A stretch of 64,000 nucleotides of DNA from a bacterium (GTDB lineage: Bacteria > JAHJDO01): assembly GCA_018812485.1 (NCBI GenBank), contig JAHJDO010000103.1:3929-67928 (forward strand). The letters are read 5' to 3'. Position 1 is the first letter of the stretch; each line of letters opens with the position of its first letter. This document shows positions 55,896 through 64,000 of this stretch, in pieces. The position numbers and the translations under genes are program-made. The notes beneath the pieces were generated by a model. That model did no database searches and was not told the DNA's origin. It saw only the letters and a list, made by a program, of their open reading frames with translations.

Positions 55896-56930
55896 TTATT
55901 CTTTTTTGGATTTTGTTTCCTTTGTACCGTCTGCGATCGAATCTCTCATCCCGGTATCTGCCTGAATATTCTTCATCTTGTAGTAGTCCATAATACCAAG
56001 ATTTCCCTTTCTGAAAGCGTCTGCCATTGCTTTTGGTACTTCTGCTTCAGCTTCTGTAACCTTTGCTCTCATTTCCACAACTTTAGCTTTCATCTCCTGT
56101 TCCAAAGCAACAGCCATAGCACGGCGGCTTTCTGCCTTAGCCTGAGCTATCTGTTTATCTGCCTCAGCCTGTTTTGTCTGAAGTATTGCTCCAATATTAT
56201 CTCCTACATCAACATCCGCAATATCTATTGAGAGTATTTCAAATGCAGTACCTGAATCAAGCCCTTTCTCCAATACCTTTTTAGATATCATATCCGGATT
56301 TTCCAGCACTTTTTTATGTGTTTGTGCAGAACCAATGGTAGTTACAATTCCTTCTCCAACACGTGCAATAATCGTCTCTTCAGTTGCTCCTCCAACAAGT
56401 TGCTGGATATTGGTCTTTACAGTAACTCTGGCTTTTGCTCTTAACTGAATTCCGTCCATTGCTACTGCCGCTACAGTTGAAGCTCCCTTACTAGGATCAG
56501 GGCAGTCAATTACCTTTGGCATTACACTTGTCTGTACAGCTTCAAGAACATTCCTGCCTGCAAGGTCAATTGCAGTTGCCTTTTTGAAATCAAGCGCTAT
56601 TTCTGCCTTACTGGCTGATATTAAGGCCTTGACAACACTTTCCACATGGTATGTACCGCTTGCAGGTTTTCCCATTATTGGCTGACCGTCTGAAGCCAGA
56701 TAATGCGCTTCAAGCTCATCCGAGGATATATCCAGGCCTGCTTTTACAGCCATAATTCTGGTATTCACTATAATGCTGGCTGGAACTCCTCTAAGTCTCA
56801 TAATAACAAGTTTTATCATACTTACCGGCGCACCTGATACCATTGCTCTAAGCCATAAGCTAAAGAATTTGGCAATAGTTATTACAAGCAAAACAGCTAC
56901 CGCTATGAGTATAAACATTAATACTTTCAT
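55896..56930 (-). CDS. floA: Flotillin-like protein FloA (YqfA)
   Basis: [67 protein letters not shown]. Confidence 0.95.
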   Translation of the reverse strand: MKVLMFILIAVAVLLVITIAKFFSLWLRAMVSGAPVSMIKLVIMRLRGVPASIIVNTRIMAVKAGLDISSDELEAHYLASDGQPIMGKPASGTYHVESVVKALISASKAEIALDFKKATAIDLAGRNVLEAVQTSVMPKVIDCPDPSKGASTVAAVAMDGIQLRAKARVTVKTNIQQLVGGATEETIIARVGEGIVTTIGSAQTHKKVLENPDMISKKVLEKGLDSGTAFEILSIDIADVDVGDNIGAILQTKQAEADKQIAQAKAESRRAMAVALEQEMKAKVVEMRAKVTEAEAEVPKAMADAFRKGNLGIMDYYKMKNIQADTGMRDSIADGTKETKSKKE

Positions 56931-56958
56931 CTCTTTTTCTCCTTTTCGGTTATTGATT

Positions 56959-57426
56959 TTAGATTTTTCTTACAACAATTTTCTTCCCGCTGACCATCAC
57001 CACCTTTACTTTTTCATTTTTCTGTACATATCCTCCTTCCGTTACGACATCAAATTTCTTTCCATTGATTTCAGCCTTTCCCGCAGGTCTCAAGAGGGTC
57101 AGAGCAATTCCTTCCTTATCTTTTATATCCTCCAAGTTGTCATGAGAGACGAATCCTTCATTTTTACTCTCTTTTTTAGAGAGAATAACATATTGTCCGA
57201 ACTTTGTCTTTGGCAAAAACTTTAACGCAAGTATTATTGCTATTCCTGCAAAAACCAGTTCCAGAATCAAAGCATAAAAGCCTAATGAGGGATAATTTTT
57301 AAAGCATAGGAATATACTTCCACATATTGCCAGACATCCGCCAAGGCCAAATATCCCTCCTGGAACAAATATCTCAATAAAGATAAATGTTATTCCTGCA
57401 ATGAACAAAAGAATTATAGTCCACAT
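56959..57426 (-). CDS. Short NfeD-family protein
   Basis: [13 protein letters not shown] region; LRPAGKA.I.G...DVVTEG OB fold. Confidence 0.9.
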   Translation of the reverse strand: MWTIILLFIAGITFIFIEIFVPGGIFGLGGCLAICGSIFLCFKNYPSLGFYALILELVFAGIAIILALKFLPKTKFGQYVILSKKESKNEGFVSHDNLEDIKDKEGIALTLLRPAGKAEINGKKFDVVTEGGYVQKNEKVKVVMVSGKKIVVRKI

Positions 57427-58806
57427 TTAGTCAGCCTGCCTCCAAGTTTTTACTAAGATTCTGTTTCCCTCAACCTTCTCAACAACAATCTCGGCTCCTT
57501 CTTCAATAAAATCTCCGTCAGTCATTACGCTCCATAGTTTATCGTCTATCATTGCCTTGCCTGCCGGTCTGAGGTTTGTATGAGCAACCCCTCTCTTTCC
57601 AACCAGAGTATGCATCTCAGTAGATGAAGCGTTAAATCCGTTTTTCTGTTTTTCTGAGGCAGACAGAGCAAGCTGACTCCATAATCCTTTACTCTTGGGA
57701 AGATATTTTAACAGCAGAGCAAATACTGTTCCTGAGGCTAAAATTGCACCACTGATTGTATAAAGAGCATTGTTTAATAAATTAAATTCCCAGGAGAATT
57801 TGGGTATGGGCTGTTTTACAAGCGCGAGATATATTCCTGCCAGAATACAGAGCAGTCCGCCTGAGCCAACAAATCCAAATCCAGGTGTTATAAATAATTC
57901 AGTAAATAACAGCACAACCCCTATAATGAATAGAACTATATCCATAATATTTGCAAGTCCCACAATATAATGGCCCCAGAAAAACAATACCAAAAATACT
58001 ACGCTTATAGTTCCCCCAACTCCCCATCCAGGCGTTTTTATTTCAAACAGTAGTCCTAAGAATCCAAGTGTTAAAAGTAATGAGCTCACAATAGGATGTG
58101 TTAGAAATCTGACAACATGTTCTGCCCAGTTAGTACGAGTTTTTTTGATACTAAATTTATCCAGATTAAATAACCTCAATATCTCTTTAATGGACTTTGC
58201 CTCGTTTTTTGCAAGACCTATCTTTACAGCTTCAGAACCTGTGAGTGTAAGTAATTTACCTTTTTGTATTATCTTCTTAACTTCAATGTCCTGATCAACC
58301 ATTGCCTCTGCTAATTCTGTGGAATGATTGTTCTGTTCCGCTGCTGCTCTGAATGCTGAGCGCACAAAGGATATTTCTTTCTCACCTGTTTTTTCCTGAC
58401 TCATACCAGCAAAACCAATTTTAACAGGAGAGGCTGCGCCTATCATACTGCCAGGGGCAACAATTATATGTTTACAAGATAATGCAATAAGCGCCCCTGC
58501 GGATATTGCTCTTGGATTCACATACGCGATAGTAAGCATCTTGAGATTCGAGAGAGAGTCTTTTATATCTACGGCTGCATCAACCCTGCCTCCGTATGTC
58601 TCAATATCCAGAATTACTGCCTTAGCACCTGCTTTTTCTGCTTCCTGAACTGAACGTTTAACAAAGCTTGCAAGTCCCAGATCAATTATCCCATGAACAG
58701 GGATAACATAGACATCCCCGTCTTCAGCATGTAAAAATTGATGATATGGGCATATTAAAGTAATAAATAGCAATAATAAGATAAAACTTGGTTTAAATTT
58801 CCTCAT
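57427..58806 (-). CDS. Long NfeD (YqeZ-like) membrane serine protease, ClpP class
   Basis: ETYGGRVD, AISAGALIAL, AEAMVD, KLLTLT, TM region, C-terminal LRPAG OB fold. Confidence 0.9.
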   Translation of the reverse strand: MRKFKPSFILLLLFITLICPYHQFLHAEDGDVYVIPVHGIIDLGLASFVKRSVQEAEKAGAKAVILDIETYGGRVDAAVDIKDSLSNLKMLTIAYVNPRAISAGALIALSCKHIIVAPGSMIGAASPVKIGFAGMSQEKTGEKEISFVRSAFRAAAEQNNHSTELAEAMVDQDIEVKKIIQKGKLLTLTGSEAVKIGLAKNEAKSIKEILRLFNLDKFSIKKTRTNWAEHVVRFLTHPIVSSLLLTLGFLGLLFEIKTPGWGVGGTISVVFLVLFFWGHYIVGLANIMDIVLFIIGVVLLFTELFITPGFGFVGSGGLLCILAGIYLALVKQPIPKFSWEFNLLNNALYTISGAILASGTVFALLLKYLPKSKGLWSQLALSASEKQKNGFNASSTEMHTLVGKRGVAHTNLRPAGKAMIDDKLWSVMTDGDFIEEGAEIVVEKVEGNRILVKTWRQAD

Positions 58807-58813
58807 TCCTATT

Positions 58814-59728
58814 CTATCCTTTAATATCTCTCAGGTCTCTAAACATCAGAACATAAACCGCTGAGGAGGTTATCATTACTAAACCTGCTGGTATTTGTAA
58901 AAGTGGAGTACAAAGTCTATAAGAAAGTTTCAAGCCAAATTTTAATATGGCAAACAGAATACCAAATGGTACATATATACATATTCCATATACGATTCCG
59001 CATACAAGCGGCGCACCAAGCACATACCACCAATTGCCTTTTACAAGCTGTTTACTCCTTTTTAGAGCAGCGATACCTCCAATTCCTTCAATTATGCGCA
59101 CATAACCAGCGAGAGAGAACCATACAGCAAATATAATTCCAGGGATAATTAATAGTAAAAGTCCTCCAGCTACTGCCATGAATACGAGAGCACTTACCCA
59201 CAAATATGGGAAGAATTTCTTGAAACCTGTTTTGTAGGATTCTTTAATATCTGCAGGACTGCCTTCAAGAATATTATTTATTGCAAAAATTAATCCTATG
59301 GCAGTAATCAGTGAGATGATAATTGTTACGGGGAATGTTAATGCTCTAAAAATAACTGATAAATATCCCATTCCAGTTGCAACTACCAGATAAAGGGCAA
59401 CGATTCCGAGAAGAGTTGCTATATTGTTCTTTATTACTGACCAGCTTATTTTCAGTAGTTCTCCAATTCCCATGAGCTCTTTTGTCTGTGTAGTTTCTTG
59501 AGGCTCTACAGGCGGAGCAGTCTCTCCTTCCACAGTAGGAAAAGCATTTTTAAGTTCACCTACTGAGGATGCTGCAACCCAATCCTCCATGCCCGGTCCT
59601 TTGATAAGATCTAAAGGCTGGACTCTTTTCTCCGCGATCCATTTCTTAAGGGTCTCTAAGTCTACAGGCCCATACTCTTTACCATCATGCGCTTTTACAT
59701 ACCACTGCGAGGAACTTTCATTGTTCAT
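58814..59728 (-). CDS. GYF_2 (DUF4339) domain membrane protein
   Basis: WYV...GKEYGPV..L..W....V......GMEDW; multi-TM C-terminus with LLIIPGI and ALKRS..LVKG.W. Confidence 0.8.
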   Translation of the reverse strand: MNNESSSQWYVKAHDGKEYGPVDLETLKKWIAEKRVQPLDLIKGPGMEDWVAASSVGELKNAFPTVEGETAPPVEPQETTQTKELMGIGELLKISWSVIKNNIATLLGIVALYLVVATGMGYLSVIFRALTFPVTIIISLITAIGLIFAINNILEGSPADIKESYKTGFKKFFPYLWVSALVFMAVAGGLLLLIIPGIIFAVWFSLAGYVRIIEGIGGIAALKRSKQLVKGNWWYVLGAPLVCGIVYGICIYVPFGILFAILKFGLKLSYRLCTPLLQIPAGLVMITSSAVYVLMFRDLRDIKG

Positions 59729-59808
59729 AACATTTTCTCCCTTATTTTCTAAAATTAAGCATATAGCATAGTCCTCATAACTTACAAGATAAAAACCATT
59801 TCAAAACA

Positions 59809-60018
59809 TCAAATCTCTAAAATCTCAAGTGCTTTTTGGGCATCTTCTTCTTTAACTAATAATCGCGTTCCACCAGTGACCAGTGATAAACTAGGGTAAA
59901 TACCGCCACAATCATCAGTAGAAACAATAGCTTCAATATCGCCGTCTTCAAGGAAACTCTTTGCAAGCTCAGCTTCTATTCTATTATTATAATTTTTAAT
60001 ACAAATTAAATCTGCCAT
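59809..60018 (-). CDS. DUF2007 (putative signal-transducing) protein
   Basis: EAELAKSFLE..DI, RLLVKEEDAQKALEIL. Confidence 0.82.
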   Translation of the reverse strand: MADLICIKNYNNRIEAELAKSFLEDGDIEAIVSTDDCGGIYPSLSLVTGGTRLLVKEEDAQKALEILEI

Positions 60019-60052
60019 TTTCTATTCCCTCTTTTTCTAAGAGAGGGTTGAG

Positions 60053-60511
60053 TTATATAAATTTGTTTCCCAATACTATTATTTGGAGGGTTAGATTGGT
60101 ATAGATTCCTGCAACTGCATCATCAAGCATTACTCCCCAGCCATGAGGGAGTTTCTCTGCCATCTTAGCAGGAAATGGTTTAAGAATGTCGAATATACGG
60201 AATAGTATGAAGCCTGTTATAATATAAAATGGACAAAAAGGTACCATTGCCAATGCTATGAGAATTCCAAAGACCTCATCAAGTACAAATTTTCTGCAGT
60301 CTTTTTTCCCAAATGCTTCTTCTGCTTTTTTACCAATAAGAATTCCTGTAATAAATAATAGACCAAGTATCAGAAAATATAATCCTGAGGAATAATGGCG
60401 AGATAGAATCCAATACAAGCCCAATCCTGCTAAACTACCAATAGTTCCGGGAGCGTATGGCGAATATCCAATAAAGAAAAAAGATGATATTAGTCTAATC
60501 AAATTTTTCAT
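60053..60511 (-). CDS. pgpA: Phosphatidylglycerophosphatase A
   Basis: APGT.GS, V.DEV.G, FRIFDILKPFP, GVMLDD. Confidence 0.95.
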   Translation of the reverse strand: MKNLIRLISSFFFIGYSPYAPGTIGSLAGLGLYWILSRHYSSGLYFLILGLLFITGILIGKKAEEAFGKKDCRKFVLDEVFGILIALAMVPFCPFYIITGFILFRIFDILKPFPAKMAEKLPHGWGVMLDDAVAGIYTNLTLQIIVLGNKFI

Positions 60512-61137
60512 TGATGAGAAGCTTCTCTAATAAGATCTTTGTGCTCAATCATATACCCAATACCAGAGATGACAGAGAAGATCACTACAATACCCATGAT
60601 CCATGTTAGGAGAGAGTGCATCCAAATATCCAGTGGTTTAGCATGCCATAGGACATTTTCCCATGAATTAAACACTATCATAGTATCTCTGATGCAAAGA
60701 GCAATAAGTGTTATTATTATAGCTGTAATCTGAGAGATAGTTTTATGCTTACCAAGTAGTCCTGCAGTTATTATAATACCTTTCATAGCTGCCAGATTGC
60801 GAAGGCCTGTAATGATAAATTCTCTACTTATTATTATAACAACCATCCATGAGGGAAAGAGTTCCATGCCAATGAACACAATAAGAGCAGACGTTACAAG
60901 TAATTTATCAGCAACAGGGTCCATTAATTTGCCAAAATTGGTTATCTTCTTTTCCCTGCGAGCAATAACCCCATCAAAAAAGTCAGTAAGGGATGCCAGA
61001 ATAAAGATAAGCAATGCTAGATATTTACCAACCGCAATGTGGGTTAAGTCATTAGAAACATGGTTTATCAACAGGGCAATAATAAGAAATGGAATAGCCA
61101 GTATACGTATGAATGTTAATTTATTCGGCATGTTCAT
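60508..61137 (-). CDS. pgsA: CDP-diacylglycerol--glycerol-3-phosphate 3-phosphatidyltransferase
   Basis: MPNKLT..R, TDFFDGVIAR, FGKLMDPVADK, REF.ITGLR. Confidence 0.95.
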   Translation of the reverse strand: MNMPNKLTFIRILAIPFLIIALLINHVSNDLTHIAVGKYLALLIFILASLTDFFDGVIARREKKITNFGKLMDPVADKLLVTSALIVFIGMELFPSWMVVIIISREFIITGLRNLAAMKGIIITAGLLGKHKTISQITAIIITLIALCIRDTMIVFNSWENVLWHAKPLDIWMHSLLTWIMGIVVIFSVISGIGYMIEHKDLIREASHQ

Positions 61138-61967
61138 TATGGTTTTTTTATCCCCTCTTTAGTTACAATAACCCCTTTAAAAACCTCTCCTTTTTTACCA
61201 AGGATAGGCATTTTTTTGCCATTCAACTCTATTACAACACCCCCTGCATTTCCTATCCTGAAAAGGAATTTCTCTTTGGCATACCATACTTTTTCATCTC
61301 CCTTATGTAATGTGCCGCCAAATAATTTTTTGCCGTCAGCAAGGATTCTAACCCATGTTTTGTCTATTGCTGTGAATTTTAATTCCAGCAGCTCGCTTTC
61401 GCTTTTAACATATTTATCAAGAGCAGATTGATTTTTTATGGCGAAAATATCTTTTTCATCGGATATGCCAGTATTTACAGAAGCAGGTTTTTTATTTATG
61501 GTTTTCTCACTAATTATGAGGCTGGTATCGTCTGTTACTAATGGTGAATCAGCTATATCTGGAGCAGAATAATCACGCGTTTCTTCAAGCGTAATTCTGT
61601 CAACAGTATTAACAAAATGTCTAACTGTAGAAATGATTGCTATGAATAATGCTAAAATTAATACTGCAGCGGAGAGAAACAATAGCTTCTTTTTTGTTTT
61701 CCCGTCCGGATTTTTTTCTCTATAGCTTTGAGAAGGTTTGGAGCATTGCTCATACTGCGTTAAGAGTTTTTCTGTATCTAAGCCAAGAAAGCTTGTATAT
61801 CCTCTTAAAAATATTCTTGCATATTCCGGGGATGGCAGACTGTCAGCAGTGTCATTCTCCAATGCTCTAAGGTATGAAGGACTTATTTTTATTTGTGTAT
61901 ATACATCTTGAAGCCTTAATTTTTTTTCAAGCCTTGCTTTTTTTAAGACTTTGCCAATAGATTCCAT
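61137..61967 (-). CDS. rodZ: RodZ-like protein (HTH - TM - DUF4115)
   Basis: IG..LKKAR..YL.ALE..Y.R.FLR.Y..LGLD; single TM helix; TWVRI..DG, RIGNAGGV. Confidence 0.85.
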   Translation of the reverse strand: MESIGKVLKKARLEKKLRLQDVYTQIKISPSYLRALENDTADSLPSPEYARIFLRGYTSFLGLDTEKLLTQYEQCSKPSQSYREKNPDGKTKKKLLFLSAAVLILALFIAIISTVRHFVNTVDRITLEETRDYSAPDIADSPLVTDDTSLIISEKTINKKPASVNTGISDEKDIFAIKNQSALDKYVKSESELLELKFTAIDKTWVRILADGKKLFGGTLHKGDEKVWYAKEKFLFRIGNAGGVVIELNGKKMPILGKKGEVFKGVIVTKEGIKKP

Positions 61968-61973
61968 GATTTC

Positions 61974-62243
61974 TTAAAATTTCCTTAGTTGTTTTAATAA
62001 TTTGTTTATTTTGGACTTAATAAGCACTCTATCATCCTTAAATATTCTGTATTGTTCTTTAATATAATCTGATATTTTACTTGATTCTTCCAATTTCTTA
62101 TATCTCTTATCCAACTCAAAAAGTTGCACCTGAAGAGAATTAACACTTTCCCTCAGAGTATCTCTTTCGCTTTTTATCTCCTGTATCTTTTGAAGTCTTT
62201 CCTGGATTTTTTGATCTAAAACTTCTAATTTCTCGCCCAGCAT
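61974..62243 (-). CDS. Small coiled-coil protein, ZapB-like
   Basis: 89 aa, heptad pattern, directly downstream of pheT. Confidence 0.55.
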   Translation of the reverse strand: MLGEKLEVLDQKIQERLQKIQEIKSERDTLRESVNSLQVQLFELDKRYKKLEESSKISDYIKEQYRIFKDDRVLIKSKINKLLKQLRKF

Positions 62244-62247
62244 TTTC

Positions 62248-64000
62248 CTACTTTCTTAAAGTAATATCTAATTGTGATATAAGCTTACGCTCTATCCTTG
62301 AATGCGCCTGATTTACTTCCTCATCAGTAAGCGTTCTCTTATTGGAACGATAGCAAATTGAATAGGCCATACTTTTGTGTTCAGAGAGAATTTGTTTGCC
62401 GCGATATATATCAAATAGTTTTATGTCTTCAACAATCTCTCCACCAGCTTTCCACATTATGTTCATAATATCAGCATTAGATACGTTTTCTTTAATAGTA
62501 AAAGCTATGTCGCGCTCACTGGCCGGGTATTTGGGAACTGCTTTAAAAACAGGGGATAGGTTTATGTATTTTGATAAATTAGAGAACCCAATCTCAAGAA
62601 GAAACACCTTTTCATCAATGTTGTATTTCTCTAATACATTACCGCTAATTTCTCCTATTATGCCTATATTACGTCCCTGGATATCTATGCTTGCTGAGCA
62701 ATCAGAAGTAAATACTCGGTGCTTTTTATAGTATAGGCAATGGTCTTCAATCCCAAGTCTATACAAGATTGTTTCTAATATTCCCTTGATGTCAAAGAAA
62801 GAAACGTTTCCCACAATCCCACAGCATAGGTATGTTTTTTCATGATATGAAGAATTATTTTCAAAGAATACCTGCCCAAGTTCATATAATTTAATTTCAG
62901 AAAGAGACCTGTTTAAGTTTCTCTTAATTACACTCAGCATCTCAGGTATTAGGCTTGTTCTCATTATATTTTGGTCATCTCCCAGAGGATTAGTAATTTT
63001 TACTCCATCAGAAGACAGCCCCGTTTTATCTAGGTTTTCTGAGTTGGTAAAACTTGAGGTGTATATCTCGGCCATGCCACATGAAGACAGTATGTTCTTC
63101 AGAGCATCTGTTTGCTTTTCAAACTCTCCTTTGCCACATGAACTGGTTTGTCCTCGAGGCATTGTTGTATCAATGTTATTGTATCCATAGATGCGGGCAA
63201 TTTCTTCAATCAGGTCTATTTCTCGCCTAATATCCCGCCGATATGTAGGAACCAGTACCCTGATATTATTTAAACTATCCTGTTTGATTTCAAAACCCAG
63301 GTTTAGTATTATGCACTTTAACTTGTTTTTAGGTATGTCAATACCTAAGATTCGTTTTATTTGCTGGATTCTAAGTTGTATGTTTTGCTTATTGAATTTC
63401 TTTGGATAGATGTCTACAATCTCTCTTACTGATTTTCCATGTGCGGTCTTTTCTATGAGATAGGCCGCTCTATTAAGCGCAGATACAACTCCATTTGGAT
63501 CCACGCCTCTTTCAAAACGATACGATGATTCTGAAGATAACTCTAATGTTTTAGACGTCTTTCTTATGCACCCGGCATGAAAACAAGCGCTTTCTAGAAA
63601 TATATCTGTTGTTTGCTTATCTATCTCGGAACCAATGCCTCCCATAATACCTGCAATGGCAATAGGAGCTTTCTCATCTGCTATAACCAGCATATCCCGA
63701 GAGAGCTGTCTTTTGCTCTCATCCAGAGCAACAATAGACTCATTTTGTCTTGCCCTTCTTATAGTAATTTGTTTACCTGATATTTTGTTGTAATCAAATG
63801 CATGAAGAGGCTGCCCTGTTTCCATCAAAACATAGTTTGTTATATCAACAATATTATTTATAGGACGGATATTAACTGCTTTTAACCTATTTGCAAGCCA
63901 TGATGGAGAAGGCTCTATTTTAACATTGCGAATTATTCTTCCAGCATACCTGGAGCATAGGGAAGTATCCTTTATTGATACGTCTATTAATTTTTCGATT
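62248..64000 (-). CDS. pheT: Phenylalanine--tRNA ligase beta subunit (5' part outside window)
   Basis: RPINNIVDITNYV upstream of the tracked start, GQPLHAFD, SSYRFERGVD, DLIEEIARIYGY, C-terminal FDX-ACB (RDIAF, FDIYRG, RTLTDEE). Confidence 0.97.
   Translation of the reverse strand, partial: IEKLIDVSIKDTSLCSRYAGRIIRNVKIEPSPSWLANRLKAVNIRPINNIVDITNYVLMETGQPLHAFDYNKISGKQITIRRARQNESIVALDESKRQLSRDMLVIADEKAPIAIAGIMGGIGSEIDKQTTDIFLESACFHAGCIRKTSKTLELSSESSYRFERGVDPNGVVSALNRAAYLIEKTAHGKSVREIVDIYPKKFNKQNIQLRIQQIKRILGIDIPKNKLKCIILNLGFEIKQDSLNNIRVLVPTYRRDIRREIDLIEEIARIYGYNNIDTTMPRGQTSSCGKGEFEKQTDALKNILSSCGMAEIYTSSFTNSENLDKTGLSSDGVKITNPLGDDQNIMRTSLIPEMLSVIKRNLNRSLSEIKLYELGQVFFENNSSYHEKTYLCCGIVGNVSFFDIKGILETILYRLGIEDHCLYYKKHRVFTSDCSASIDIQGRNIGIIGEISGNVLEKYNIDEKVFLLEIGFSNLSKYINLSPVFKAVPKYPASERDIAFTIKENVSNADIMNIMWKAGGEIVEDIKLFDIYRGKQILSEHKSMAYSICYRSNKRTLTDEEVNQAHSRIERKLISQLDITLRK

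Noticed and set aside
61967-62248. Expected zapA / 6S RNA after pheT and the ZapB-like gene
   Set aside because: Intergenic gaps are only 4-6 bp, leaving no room

Overview
A 64 kb AT-rich chromosomal window from an anaerobic, probably diderm bacterium. A six-domain S1 protein, a prepilin/H-X9-DG protein and several URO-D-like and Gfo/Idh/MocA paralogs are suggestive of a PVC-related or candidate lineage (inference only). The housekeeping backbone comprises coaD, typA, priA, a tandem glycine riboswitch with gcvT-gcvH-gcvPA, purN-tyrA-aroA-cmk-plsC-rpsA-pilD-gcvPB, tkt-pfk-TPR-acn-icd, ispH-oppD-oppF-holA, tRNA(CAT), nfeD-nfeD-floA and pheT-rodZ-pgsA-pgpA. Two AraC-led carbohydrate loci interrupt it. 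The first is AraC > type IV pilin-like H-X9-DG protein > 1554-aa secreted LamG/glycosidase > amidohydrolase > GH106-like > sugar isomerase > sugar-phosphate dehydrogenase. The second is AraC > two URO-D/MtaA-like proteins + three Gfo/Idh/MocA + two TIM-barrel isomerases. An orphan corrinoid protein lies elsewhere in the window. Non-coding observations read directly from the sequence: degenerate direct repeats of promoter/start regions that bracket apparently inserted genes (typA block; URO-D-like gene), 20-21 bp-spaced direct repeats right behind each of the three AraC genes, several probably leaderless genes, and an unexplained 98-nt G-U-rich hairpin in front of the displaced gcvPB. No CRISPR array, rRNA, integrase or transposase was seen. 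All calls come from motif recognition by eye; no searches were run.
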